A stretch of DNA of 64,000 nt, from positions 7,998,001-8,062,000 of the forward strand of contig OX597814.1 of NCBI GenBank assembly GCA_951406725.2. The letters are read 5' to 3'. The notes under the pieces are model-generated. The model had not been told where the DNA came from, searched no databases, and worked only from the letters and a program-made list of their open reading frames with translations. The DNA is from Octopus vulgaris (taxonomy: Eukaryota). Below are positions 38,823 through 52,100 of the stretch, piece by piece. A program made the translations under genes and the position numbers. Numbering within the stretch: position 1 is the first letter of the stretch; each line of letters opens with the position of its first letter.

Positions 38823-39230
38823 CTATTAGTCTACAAGTGTTTTCTTCCCTGTCTTTAATAACTATATCTGGTCTATTTGCCTAGATTGTTCTGTCAGTGA
38901 TGACAGGAAAATCTCAGAGGATAGTGACATTTTTACCTTCAACAACTGGCTCAGGATAATGTTCATGTGAGTAAGCTGGAGTGATTTTGTAGTGTTTACA
39001 TATTTTCCAATGTAAATACTGTCCTACCTTATCATGGCAATTTTTGTAATTCATAGGTGTAATCACAGGACATATTAAAACAAAATGGTCGATTGTTCAT
39101 CAAATGTATTGCAGAATGTGCATTTAGGGTCAGAACCAATTTGAAGAACGTTAGCCTGGTAGTTTTTGGAAAGCAAGCTTTGGTCTTGAGCTGCTAATAT
39201 GAAACATTCAGTCTGTGTTTTCAGTCCTTA

Positions 39231-39232
<2 letters not shown>
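38821..39232 (-). mobile_element. R4/Dong fragment (CCHC-RLE region)
   Basis: FILAAQDQSL..NYQANV..DPKCTFC; ANRPDIVIKD; adjoins (TAA)n at 39232-39267. Confidence 0.8.
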
Positions 39233-39267
<35 letters not shown>

Positions 39268-39268
<1 letters not shown>

Positions 39269-39640
39269 CTTCGTAACACAGTGTAGGTAAAAATGCACTG
39301 GAGTCTTTAGTCATCTGTCAAGTCACAACAAGGACCTCAGACGGATAATACTTTCCTTAAGATGTACGTTGTGTCCAATAAAGCTGCTTTTTGTAAGATA
39401 TCAATCTTGCAAGGGATTTCCAATTGCCTTAAGAAGTTTTGAAGTTTCAATGGGATTGAACCCAGCATTCTGATCACCACTGGTATCACTTTTACATTAC
39501 CCTCTCACTTTCCATACAGTCTTGCCATTTCCACTTTCAGTTCGGAGTACTTGGAGATATTTCCAACCTCTTTACTCACAACATTCATGTCATTTGGTAT
39601 GGCTACATCAATGATCTGACAGTATTTGTCTCTCTTACTC
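39268..39640 (-). mobile_element. R4/Dong 3' end
   Basis: IIDVAIPND..KYSELKVEMARL..IPVV..LQKAALLDT; ends at a (TAA)n run. Confidence 0.8.
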
Positions 39641-39649
39641 AATATGACA

Positions 39650-40319
39650 ATATTATTATTGTTGTTGTCATTGTCGTCATCATTATGATTATGATTATCA
39701 TTACTATCATTATCATTATTATTATTATTATCATTATTATTATTATTATTATCATTATTATTATTATCGTTATTATCATTATCATTATTATCATTATTAT
39801 TATTATCATTATTATTATTAGTATTATTATCATTATCGTTATTATCATTATCGTTATTATCATTATTATTATTATTATCATTATTATTATTATTATTGTT
39901 ATTATTATTATCCTTATTATTATTATCATTATTATCATTATTATTATTATTATCATTATTAACCTGTGCTAGCGTGGAAAACGGACATTAAACGATGATG
40001 ATGATGATGATGATTATCATTATTATTATTATTATCATCATTATTATTATCATTATCCTTATTATTATCATTATCATTATAATCATTATTATTATCAAAA
40101 TTATTATTATTATTATCATCATTATTATTAATATTATTATTATCATTATTATTATCATAATTATTATTATTATCATTATTATTATCATAATTATTATTAT
40201 TATCATCATTATTATTATTATTATTATTATCATTATAATCATTATTATTAACAAAATTATTATTATTATCAGTATTATTATTAATATTATTATTATCATT
40301 ATTATTATCATAATTATTA

Positions 40320-40350
<31 letters not shown>

Positions 40351-40457
40351 TATTATCATTATTATTATCATTATTATTATTATCATAATTATTATTATTG
40401 TTATTATTATCATTATTATTATCATTATTATTATTATTATCATTATTATCATTATTA

Positions 40458-40488
<31 letters not shown>

Positions 40489-40496
40489 TATTATTC
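39650..40496. repeat. Very long (TTA/TCA)n microsatellite field with a short SINE/RTE tail inserted at 39961-40010
   Basis: Seen directly. Confidence 0.97.
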
Positions 40497-40504
40497 ATGT
40501 ACAC

Positions 40505-40830
40505 TCAACAGATTAGACTGTTGGAAAAGAAAAGAATCCTAACATCAGGCTACAAGTTGCCTTAGATACCAAGAACCCTTCTAAGTGTGCTAGCTGTACA
40601 CTGTTTTCTGGAGCTGTACTAAATTATGTGTTATGCCTATTTCCTCTATCCATCTGTCGAATATTTAGGGATAGTTCCCAATGCACCTATAACTACTGGA
40701 ATAGATTTTACCCGCACTTTCCATAGTCTCTGTAATTCAATGGTTGGGTCCTGGTACTTTGCTATTTTTTTCTAAACCATTTATATTGACTTTCTTATCA
40801 TTTGTGACTGTAAAGTCAATTATCTGGCTT
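40505..40830 (-). mobile_element. R4/Dong 3' end
   Basis: Reverse complement of ~23670-24005. Confidence 0.85.
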
Positions 40831-40831
40831 T

Positions 40832-42770
40832 TGTATCCTTGTTTGCAGATACACTATTTTAACAAACAGGAGTAAATATATTCACAGAGGTTAACTTTCA
40901 ACTCCCAGCATACAAGACTCCAAATGCCTTCTGTTGTCAATGAAGTACGTTGCTCTTTTATAAGAGTCCAATGAGTCTACTTTCAATTTCACAGCATTCA
41001 AGCATAATCGCTACCAACGTCGCCTTACTGGTACCTGTGCCGGTGGCATGTGTAAAAAGATTCGAGCGAGATCATTGCCAGTATCGCCTGACTGGCCCCC
41101 ATGCCGGTGGCACGTAAAAAGCACCCACTACACTCATAGAGTGGTTGGCATTAGGAAGGGCATCCAGCTGTAGAAACACTGTCAGATCAGGATTGAAGTC
41201 TGGTGCAGCCATCTGGTTCAGCAGGCCTCAGTCAAAATCATCCAACCCATGCTAGCACGGAAAGCGGACGTTAAACGATGATGATGATGAGGATGATGAT
41301 GTTGCTGTCTGTCACCACAACATCTCCTCCTTTGAGATTGACTTCTGTTGGGAAAATATTTTTTTTCATATCACATCTTCCATTTCGAGATTTACTTTCC
41401 CCAACAGATTAATATTTAATTCGTTTTGGAACACTGCCTCCAACAATTCTGTATGTTTTCTTTTTCTTGTACTGGTATGCTTTATTTCAATGATTTCTTA
41501 CAGAATCAGCTCATCAAATATCTCTTGGAGAACTTCCATGAGTACTTCTTTCCTTGTAACCCTTTCTTCAGCAAACCTTCTTTTCAGCTGATTCATGTGT
41601 TTTTTTATGTTGTTCCCATTTAGAATCTCACTTCATGTACATAATTTTACAGATCCATTTTATTATTTCACCATCTTCTCCGACCTTCTTTTCCATTTCT
41701 GTACACTCTGAAAAACACCTGATCACCACTTATTGAATACTTCATTGTATTTTTAGCGTTTTCCCTAGTTTTTATTTTTCTGCTGGGTAATAATTTCTCA
41801 AAAACTGACCTAACTTTTCTTATGAACATCAGTTTAGCAGGCGACATGCTTGAAGGGGTATTTGTGTTTGGCGTTACACAGTAAACTCTCAGGAATTGTT
41901 ACAATGCTACATCATCCACTACCTCATTTATAGATTTCTTTAACACCCTTCTAATGTGTCCACAAAATGTTCAGCTTGTCCGTTTAATCTTGGGAGATAC
42001 AGAGGAGTAGTGATATGTTCAATTGAGAACACTTTGCAAAAATTCTGAAATTTATTTGCCATGAACTGTGTGCCATATCTTGCTAAAAGTTCATGTGGAA
42101 AATCCACTCTTACTGTGGAGGTTAGTTTTTCTACATGTACACATTTCTGGTCATTTTGTAAAACTATCTATCACTATTAGATAATTTGATCTGTTTAGTG
42201 CTCCTGTGTAGTCTAGACCATGGAATATTGGTTTTGGGCCAAGGTTGAAATTTGGTAGGTGGTGATTTTTGCTGTAAGAACCTCTGTGGATACCAACCTC
42301 TCAATATCTAGGTCCATTTTCAGCTAGTAAATATAACTCCCCAAAAGTGACTTCATCCTAGAAATTCCTGGATGTCCAGTGTGGAATTCCTTTAACATTC
42401 GATTGTAGTGAGACAGGCATTACAACTCTCGGTGCACCCAAAAGTACATTGTCACATATCAAACATGGACTTGAAACTGTGTTAAGTCCAACCACATGCA
42501 TTTTTTTATTTGTTTCTTCTGATCTCGTTGTTTTTTTTTTACTTTCATGATAAAGTCGTCTCTTTCTGCCTAATTTTTATTTCCTCCAGTGTGACAGGCA
42601 ATTCACATACAACGTTGCACAAATCCATTTTTTATTTCATGATCATCTCTTAATGCCACTATCACTGTGTTTTCTAGTGGTTCACTGTATTTTGGTATTG
42701 TCCTTGACAAACCATCTGCATGCCCCAATTTTTTAAATGGTAAATACTCCATCTGAATAAGCTTGCAGTT
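40832..42770 (-). mobile_element. Ty3/Gypsy 3' half: integrase, PPT and 3' LTR (opposite strand to the 5' half)
   Basis: GHADGLSR, HTGHPGISRMK, NGQAE integrase motifs; PPT aaaggaggaga followed by TGTTGTGGTGA at 41322; LTR shares ataaaagag.aacgtacttcattga..cagaaggcatttggagtc with 33200-33248. Confidence 0.85.
41015..41300 (+). mobile_element. RTE/SINE tail inserted in the Gypsy 3' LTR
   Basis: tggcacgtaaaaagcacccactacact...gcggacgttaaacgatgatgat. Confidence 0.85.
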
Positions 42771-42774
42771 ATAA

Positions 42775-44905
42775 GACACGCCAATATGCATGATAAAGAA
42801 CCACTTCATAATCTCTCAAATACAATCCAGAATAGAAAACAAATTAAAATTGGAAACTATGTAACAAAGGAAATTATACAAGAACTAAAACCAGATCTCA
42901 CTGAATTAAATGAAATGATTTATGCAGCTGCTAAGACAATTGAAAGCAGTTGTATGCCTCTGAGAAAAGCCAAGAAATACAAACCTGAGAAGAATTCCAA
43001 ACTGGAAAAGTAAAATTGAAAAAGAGATTGAAATAAAGAGAAATGAAATATCAATATTGACTGAACTCATCTGTGGAAACGATGTAAGAAAGATGAAGAG
43101 AAAATATAGATTCTCACCAAGAGAAGAACTGCTTTCAGCAAAAGAAACACTGCAATGAAAAATCACTTTCACCTTGAATTTTCTACATAATCTTAATACC
43201 CTTACAGATGAACTCAACAAAATAGGGTATGGATATAAAATTGGCAAGAGGAAAATAAGTCATCTATTTTATGTGGATGACTTAAAACTTTATGGCAAAG
43301 ACGATAATGAGCTTGAAGTACTACTACATACTGTGAAAGCATTTAGTGATGACCTCGGGATGGAATTTGGTCTTGATAAATGTGCAAGGGTCACTTTCCA
43401 GAAAGGGAAATTGAAGACGTCACATTCAGTGGAGTTGGATGTTGACACAGTCATAAAAGAACTCAAGCAAGAAGAAACTTACAAATACCTCGGAATAAAT
43501 GAGGGTTCTGGCATTCAGCATGCAAGAATGAAAGAGAAGGAATGGTAAAGGTGAGTTCAAGCAGTCCTAAAATCCGAGTTAAATGCATGTAACAAGGTGT
43601 TAGCAATAAATTCCTTAACAGTTCTGGTTGTTATTTACAGTTTCAATGTATTCAACTGGAATATGAGTGAAATAAGGAAGATTGACAGGAAAATCTTTGA
43701 GTTGCCGAGTTGCAAAAAGAGGCACCAACCAAAGGCAGATGCAGATCGTCTTTACCTACCCAGAGCTCAAGGAGGTCGAGGCTTGGTTTGATTTGAAACC
43801 TCCTACAAAACCATCACAACTGGACTGGCCAAATATCTTGAAACATCTAATGAATGGATGCTAAATCTCATTGAAATTGGAAGTGCAACAACTGTAGCTG
43901 CAAAGAAGGTGAAACCAGTAGCAAAGCAAAATGCGCTTGGACAATTGGATGATGGGTGGGAAGAAAATCCTCTGCATGGCAAATATGTGGCCCGTAGCAA
44001 ACAAGCTGATGTAGACCAGAAGCACAGCCATCAGTGGCTAGGGAGCTCAGAGCTTAAAGGCAGAGAGAGAAGGCTTTATCTTGGCTACCCAAGATCAGAA
44101 CTTATTGTCCTGGGACTATCAAGCCAATGTGATGAAAAATGGAGCAGACCCAAAGTGCTGATACTGCAACAATGATATAGAAATAGTGGACCACCTACTC
44201 TCTGGATGTAAGGTTTTAGCACCTGTATAGTATAAATCAAGGTATTGCAGATAATGTGTCGGCATTATAAAATGAAAAGTGCTGACAAATGGTACAAGCA
44301 CCACCCTGAGGCTGTTAGAGAGGGAGAAAATGTAACGATTCTTTGGGACTTCCCAGTATGTACAGATGTGACCATCAAGGCAAATAAACCAGAAATTGTT
44401 GTGAAAGACCAAAACAATAAAGTCTGTTTATTGATTGATGTGAGCGTATTTTGTGTCTATGATATCTCGGCAAAAGAATTTGATAAACTCAGAAAATATA
44501 AAGATCTGCTGATTGAAATCGAAAAGATGTGGCATCTCAAGACACTTACAATACCAGTGATTGTAGGAGCACTTGGAATGATCAAAAAGGGAACTGAAAA
44601 TTATTTAAGAACGATCCCTGGATTATCATCCGTGCAAGAAGTGCAAAAGATTGTCTTAACTGGTCACATGTATTGAGAAGAGCATCATTGCTGTGAATTT
44701 TCTTTCCTTTTTTCCCTTTTATTTTCTTTGTTTATTTTTTCCTTTTTTCTGTCTTTCTTCTCTTTTTCTCTATCACATGACTTTGTAAATGAATGAGTTA
44801 GCGTGTTTATTTTAATTGCCTACCGATGTATACTGTGTGTTTCTCTGCCCTAGGTGTCAGGAAGGCACTTGGCAAGAAATGGAAACAGAACTGAAAGATG
44901 ATGAT
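42775..44905 (+). mobile_element. R4/Dong LINE with internal deletion (N-terminal piece joined to RT-RLE-3'UTR)
   Basis: NEMIYAAA; HLFYVDDLKL; YKYLG; KANKPEIVV; PVIVGALG; followed by (CAA)/(TAA)-like runs. Confidence 0.88.
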
Positions 44906-45010
44906 GGAAATAACAACAACAACAACAATAAAATTGATAATAATCAGAGGTGTTTAACACAGACATGACAAAGCACAATGATATTCAATATTAATGAACA
45001 AATTGTTTAC

Positions 45011-45065
45011 CTTTTGAATGAAATCCTTCATTTTCCTGTTTATTTTGGAGATATTCATGAAATAG
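45011..45065 (-). CDS. PARP14: Macro-PARP small exon (end of macro helix / linker)
   Basis: tttttttttcacag / gtaaac; 55 nt, phase 0->1, LFHEYLQNKQENEGFHSK; supplies exactly the phase change needed between the 58067 and 31677 exons. Confidence 0.75.
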
Positions 45066-45144
45066 CTGTGAAAAAAAAATAACAATCAATCATTTTTATG
45101 TTTAATTTTTTTGTCATTTTATAAAGAGAAGAAAAGAGAAAAAG

Positions 45145-46305
45145 CAAAATCAAAGGAAGGTTAATGGGGAAGATAGTTTTTGTGTGTGGCAAATGCTCAG
45201 GGGCATTAAACACAGAAGATGTACAGAAAACAACTTCTGTCACATTCCGTTAACTAGGTGACCAAGTTAGTAGCAGTGGTGGATGCTCTGAGGGCATAGC
45301 TGCTAGAATAGGAATAACCTGGGCAAGTTCTTATCTCTACTGGTAACAAAGGGCCTCTCACTCAGAGTGAAAGGTAGATTGTATGATACATGTGGGTGAA
45401 CAGCCATGCTACATGGCAGTGAAACATGGGCCATGACTGCTGAGGACATGCATAAGCTTTCAAGAAATGAAGCCAGTATGCCCCGATGGATGTGTAATGT
45501 CAGTGTACATACTTGACAGAGTGTAAGCGCCCTGAGAGAAAAGTTGGACATAAGAAGCATCAGATGTAGTGTACAAGAGAGACGACTGCGCTGGTATGGT
45601 CACGTGTTGCGAATTGATGAGGAGAGCTGTATGAAGAAGTGTCACACCCTAGCAGTTGAGGGAACCTGTTGAAGATTTAGACCTAGGAAAACCTGGGATG
45701 AGGTAGTGAAGCATAACCTTTGAACATTGGTCCCCACAGAGGCAATGATGAGCAACCGAGACCTTTGGAGATATGCTGTGCTTGAGAAGACCCAGCAAGC
45801 CAAGTGAGACCATAACCAGCCCATTTAAGAGTACCCTTCAATCATTGGCCAATAAACTGCACTTGCAAACACCTGTTGAGACAAGTGAAGTCGTTGTCAT
45901 GGCCAATGATTGGCACCCGTGCTGGTGGATTGTAAAAAACTCCATTCAAGCATGGTCAGTGTCAGTACTGTCTAACTGATCCTGTGCCGGTGATACATAA
46001 AAAAAAAACATTCGAGTAGAATCATTACTTGTGCCGCCTAACTTGTCCCATGCCGGTGGCACGTAAAAAGCATCATTCAAGCGTGGCTGATGCCAGTATC
46101 GCCCGACTGGCCCTCGTGCAGGTAGCACATAAAAAGCACCCACTACACTCTCAGAGTGGTTGGCATTAGCAAGAGCATCCAGTTGTAGAAACATTGCAAG
46201 ATCAGATTGGAGCCTGGTGCAGCCTTCTGGCTTGTCAGTCCTCAGTCAAACCAGCCAACCCATGACAGCATGTAAAGCGGACGTTAAACGATAAGGATGA
46301 TGATT
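45145..46305 (+). mobile_element. RTE 3' part plus tail
   Basis: FVCGKCSG, HGSETW, RRLRWYGHV; tail ending gcggacgttaaacgat. Confidence 0.88.
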
Positions 46306-46859
46306 TTTTAAACAGAAAAGATTGAAATTAACAATAGACAAACAAAATATTTAAAATATTTAATGATTTAAGGAAATGAGGCACTCAGATCAAAGATATT
46401 CCATCCATGGCCTTCCAGCAACTGGGAGACATGGTATTATAGTGGATGCGGCAGAAAAACCTTCCACTGTGACCACTGATGTGGTGTTAGTGAAGTTAAA
46501 CATGTGGCAATGGTGTCTTCATGTAGCTGAAGTTGTATTGTTTCTTCTCTCCACTCACCATTCTGATTAAAACTGCTGAGTCTTGTGTTTGCTGTTGAAA
46601 TGTCTATCAAGAATGTTGAAGTTGAGGTTCTTTGGTGCATCTTGTGTACCCAAGAATATTTGCGGCACAAAAGCAGAGTACAAGGTAATTATTTTCATAT
46701 TGTAAGCAAGAAGGAGGAGGTGGAGGAGGTCCAACAATTAGGATCATGGTCATTCATAAGAGAGATGACAAAGGAAAAGAGAAAAGATTCAAAACGAAAG
46801 AACTTCACAAACAGTTCTACAGTGGACAGGAATTTCCCCAATTTCTTCATTTCAGCATA

Positions 46860-47229
46860 TGGACATAAAGAATGCCTTTTGGTATTAACACTGCTTCTGT
46901 TGCTATTAATTATCTTTAATAAGACTTCAGGCTATTTGTGACATCAGTGTCTATATATCGTTGACGGAGATTTGGCTGTTATGTTGCTACAGGGCATCTG
47001 TCACTGATGAACCTGAGCAGAGCGAAAATACGTGATCTGGCAGTTCTGGTGCCTGTAGCAGATGATTGTCATCTACCAACAATATAAATATGAGTGCTTT
47101 TATGGACCGTGTGTCCATATGAGAGGTCCTCTCAAGGTAAATAAGGCAGTATTTGGTGTTCTAACACATCCACATTTAGTTGGATATAAAGATTGCCTTT
47201 AGGTATTAATACTGCTTCTGTTGCTATTA
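46860..47229 (+). mobile_element. Candidate non-LTR retrozyme: 321-nt unit with 49-bp direct repeat
   Basis: 46860-46908 and 47181-47229 match at 45/49 positions; interior contains a hammerhead fold and several hairpins. Confidence 0.65.
46985..47060 (+). ncRNA. Type I hammerhead ribozyme fold (degenerate stems II and III)
   Basis: CTGATGA 47004-47010, GAAA 47024-47027, ATC 47035-47037; stem I ctgtca/tggcag extended by tgctacagg(g)cat/gtgcctgtagca. Confidence 0.7.
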
Positions 47230-47249
47230 CTTTTAATTACCTTGATTTA

Positions 47250-47550
47250 GGTTCAGTCTCAAGCGTCTTTAACTACAGCTATAGGCCAAACAAACCCTGG
47301 TAGGCAGAAAATGAGAGAAGCCTGTCATACATATGTGTTTGTGTCTCCTTGCCTTGACATTATGTGTTAGCTGTAAACGAGTGTCCCTGTTATGCAAGCG
47401 GTGTCCTTTGTTTCTAATATTTTGTAAAATGAGGAAATAGCTACCTCCCTTGGAACGAGGTGAGGGTTGGTGACAGGAAAGGCATCAAGCCATAGAAAAT
47501 CCACCTCAACAAATTCTATCCCACACAAGTTAGCAGATGGAGATGGTGGT
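47250..47550 (+). mobile_element. Degenerate SINE-like repeat
   Basis: Ends with gagggttggtgacaggaaaggcatc..catagaaa, a variant of the shared tail. Confidence 0.5.
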
Positions 47551-47689
47551 GGTAGTGGAGATGATGGTGATGAAGAGGATGCATTCTGTTATTGAAATAT
47601 CATCATCATAAATATAGAGAGTGAAGGAGGAAAGAGAGAGAAAGAATGAAGATTTGCAGTTATTCTTTCACTGTTGTAATAAGCTACTC

Positions 47690-49027
47690 CCACCTCTCTC
47701 TCTCTCCCACTCTGTCTGTCTTTGTCTCTCTCTTTCTCTCTCTCACACACTTTACCTACCTACCTATCCATCTATCTATTTACCGACCCACCTACCTACC
47801 TACCTACCTTATCTATTTATATATCTATCTGTCTGTCTATCCATATATCTGTCTGTCTGTCTATCCATATATCTGTCTGTCTGTCTATCCATATATCTGT
47901 CTGTCTGTCTATCCATATATCTGTTTGTCTATCTGTCTAGCTATCCATCAATCCATCCACATGTCTGTCTAGCTATCCATCAATCCATCCATATATCTGT
48001 CTAGCTATCCATCAATCCATCCATATATCTGTCTAGCTATCCATCAATCCATCCACATATCTGTCTAGCTATCCATCAATCCATCCACATGTCTGTCTAG
48101 CTATCCATCAATCCATCCATATATCTGTCTAGCTATCCATCAATCCATCCACATATCTGTCTAGCTATCCATCAATCCATCCACATATCTGTCTAGCTAT
48201 CCATCAATCCATCCATATATCTGTCTAGCTATCCATCAATCCATCCACATATCTGTCTAGCTATCCATCAATCCATCCACATGTCTGTCTAGCTATCCAT
48301 CAATCCATCCATATATCTGTCTAGCTATCCATCAATCCATCCACATGTCTGTCTAGCTATCCATCAATCCATCCATATATCTGTCTAGCTATCCATCAAT
48401 CCATCCATATATCTGTCTAGCTATCCATCAATCCATCCATATATCTGTCTAGCTATCCATCAATCCATCCATATATCTGTCTAGCTATCCATCAATCCAT
48501 CCATATATCTGTTTAGCTATCCATCAATCCATCCATATATCTGTCTAGCTATCCATCAATCCATCCATATATCTGTCTAGCTATCCATCAATCCATCCAT
48601 ATATCTGTCTAGCTATCCATCAATCCATCCACATATCTGTCTAGCTATCCATCAATCCATCCACATGTCTGTCTAGCTATCCATCAATCCATCCACATGT
48701 CTGTCTAGCTATCCATCAATCCATCCATATATCTGTCTAGCTATCCATCAATCCATCCATATGTCTGTCTAGCTATCCATCAATCCATCCAGCTGTCTGT
48801 CTAGCTATCCATCAATCCATCCAGCTGTCTGTCTAGCTATCCATCAATCCATCCAGCTGTCTGTCTAGCTATCCATCAATCCATCCAGCTGGCTGGCTGG
48901 CTGGCTGGCTGTATGTCTGTCTGTCTGTCTGTCTAACTATCTCTCTATCTGTTTGTCTGTCTGTCTATCCATATATGTCTTTCTTTGTATGTATATATGT
49001 ATATATGTATGTATGTATGTATTCATG

Positions 49028-49076
<49 letters not shown>

Positions 49077-49195
49077 GTCTGTTTGTCTACCCATATAACT
49101 ATCTTTCTATATGTATGTATGTATGTATCTATCTATCTACCTCTCTGTCTATCTGTCTGTTTGTCTATCTATCTATCTATCTTTATTTATCTGTA
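47690..49195. repeat. Tetranucleotide microsatellite complex containing a 32-bp minisatellite (~30 copies, 47933-48890)
   Basis: Unit ctgtctagctatccatcaatccatccatatat; flanked by (CTAC), (CTAT), (CTGT) runs. Confidence 0.97.
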
Positions 49196-52100
49196 CCTTG
49201 GCCGTAGGGTCACAAAAATTAAAATAAAGAATGTGCCTCCTGAAATAGAAATATAATAGCTCGTATCTGCCATTTGCTATGACATCGAGGACAAAATCAA
49301 TATCTTGGAAATCGCTGATGTGGACCAGCCTAACTGGATTGGACAAGAAATCAAAATTCTTGCTCAAATTAATCCAATGATTTTCGAAAAGATTCCACAT
49401 CGAATCCAATTGAGATAGGATTCGAGTTTACGTGTGGCCATCAAAGGCAGAAAGCCACGTTGCTATGTTTGTGGTAGCAAAGCACACTTACAAATTAACT
49501 GCCCACTAGCATAGAAACAACAACAACCACAAGAAAACCAAAAACCATGCAAAAAACCAGCACTACTACCCACACCGCTATATGCACAACTAATTAAACA
49601 GCTCTACAAGCAAATGAAGGAACATCAGTAAGCAACAAGTCAGCCCAACCAAACACCACCACCACCAGCGCCACCAAGAACAGAAACAACACCATCATCA
49701 CCACCACCAACAACAACAACAACAACAACTTCAAAGGAGGAGGAGAAAACCAAAAACACTTATACCCCACCCCCAAAAACCCATACACCACACCCCAACT
49801 GTCACCAACCAGCACCAACACCAATAACAAAGTCAACACACTCAGAAATAGAACCCAATACACTTCCACTCCCACCTTCTGATTCCCCCAACATGTAGTC
49901 AGATGAAGACAATACAGAGGATTGGCAAGTGGCCACAGGGGGAAGGAGAAAAAGGAGGAAAAAAGAATAGAGAAGCAGACAAACAAAGCAGGGAGGTTTA
50001 CCACTCCCAAAACTAAAACAGCCACATTAAACAAAAGCATCAACACCAAACACCCCAACAATGTTGACAGCCATAAACACCAACAACCTAGACCTAATGG
50101 AATACATTAGGTCAAACACCAACATAACAGAAAATGATACCAAAACAAAGAATCACCCATGCACAACACTACCACAACACATCAAAATCATACACATGAC
50201 ACAGAACACACACAGCACCCTGAAATCTCTCTACCCTAATTCAGTTGGGAGATTTCAAAAATACCTGTTGAAAAACTATACCAAAACCTTCTGGGAGAAG
50301 ACTGAGGTGAAGAACAAAGAACTTTCAGACAGTAAGTGACTCTCTCTCTCTCTTTCATCTTCCTTTCATGTGTAAAACACAACTTTCGATAGGAACATGC
50401 TCAAAATAGGCAGTATAAATGTACGTGGCTTGGAAACGAGGCTACCTGTTAAATGACATCAAGTCACAAAATCTGCAGATCATAGCCATCAGTGAGATCA
50501 GACTCCACAGCTCATGGGCACTCCAGCACATGTTCGACAGACGTTGCGACATTTTTCTCCATGTCTACCGAGAATGGGCGGAGGTGGCACCACAGTGCTT
50601 CTTCGGACGAGTCAGGACCTCAAAGGAAGAGCAATTTTCCTAGACCCAAAGGGTAGGCTGGTCGTCTTGGATGTCGATGGCAGCAATGAGTGTGCTTTTC
50701 GACTGATAACAGTTTATGCATTGTCCTTAACAGGCCGGCCAGATTTCTTTTGACGTCTATAGGTTTTCCTGGGAACATCTCAACCTTTACTTTTAGTGGG
50801 GGATTGGAACGCTACCTTGGACACGCATCTAGACTATGTGGGCAGAGATAGTAATAGGAGGGGATGCAAATGCCTCAAAGACCTGCTCAGACGTTTCCAA
50901 TGGTCTGACAGGTACCGACTGGACCACCCAAATGTGCCAATGTAGACATGGTGCAACCGCATTGGGTCGTCCAGATCATACTTACATTCTATAGGGCAGT
51001 AGATAAGAATTGTGTAGGTTGTCCACATTTCCATATAGTCAGCTACACAGACTACAAATTTGTAACTTGTACACTTGACTTAGATAAGACACATAGGCCG
51101 GGTCTCGGTTACTGGAAGCTGACTGCGTCGTTCACAGCACGCCAGGCTTACAGGGACTAGATTAGCACATTAGTTAAGAGAGCATTGACGGGTGCCATTA
51201 TCAACAACAGATGGTGGTATGCTCTAAAGAAAGCAATTAAAAAGCTGAATCAGTTAGGTACAGTAAGGCCCTAGCATTAAATCAAAATAGAATAGAGGGA
51301 GACCTAGTTAAGAATTTAGAAGAGGCACTTAGAACTGGCATCGTGTCCAATGTACTGGGAGCGAGGTTGGCCCACGATCAACACCTCAATGCCAAACACG
51401 AAGGATGCATTGTCCAGAGCTAGGATGCATGCTCTGAGGAAGGAGTTGGAGCCACCCGAAAGGCCTAAGTGGCAGAGGCGCAACGAGGCAACAGAGCCAC
51501 CATTAGGTCACTTAAAAATGAACAGGGGCGCAAATTACTCGAGCCTGAATGAATGTGTGAAGCCTTTCAACAACACTTTGCCTGACTGTTTGGGACAACT
51601 GGTGGGTCAGAACACAGAGTGGACTTTAGTGCCTACCTGCATGCCCTGCCACGAGTCTCAGCAAGAGAGGCAGAGTGTTGTGAAAGACCCATCACAGCCA
51701 TGGACATATGGGATGCGATGGCAGGCTGCACGAGAGACAAGTCACCAGGCGTGGATGGTCTGCCCTACGAACTTTATTGTCATATGCCAGACTTGTTTAG
51801 AGGCATCTTGGCAGCAGTCTACTGCAACTGGCAGCAAAACGGAAGTATCCCCATCTTTGTAAAGTGAGGAGCAGTGGCAGTGCTAAAGAAAGATTCAAAC
51901 AAGGGGGACGACATAGATTACATTCAGGCCCATCACTCTGCTCAATGCAGATTTGAAAATAGTCGACAAGATGCAAATATGCGCCATGCCGGGTAGGAGT
52001 ATCCATGACAACCTCCATCTGATGCACTACATCATAGACAGGGTAGTTAAGGATCCTGGCATGGGTGGGGCGCTGATCAATTTGGATCAATCAAAACCCT

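Noticed and set aside
46376-46700. Short ORFs, possible transposase remnant (QLLEGHGWNIF)
   Set aside because: Similarity too weak to support a call
47933-48890. CRISPR-like 32-bp periodicity
   Set aside because: No unique spacers, no cas genes, eukaryotic context; it is a tandem minisatellite
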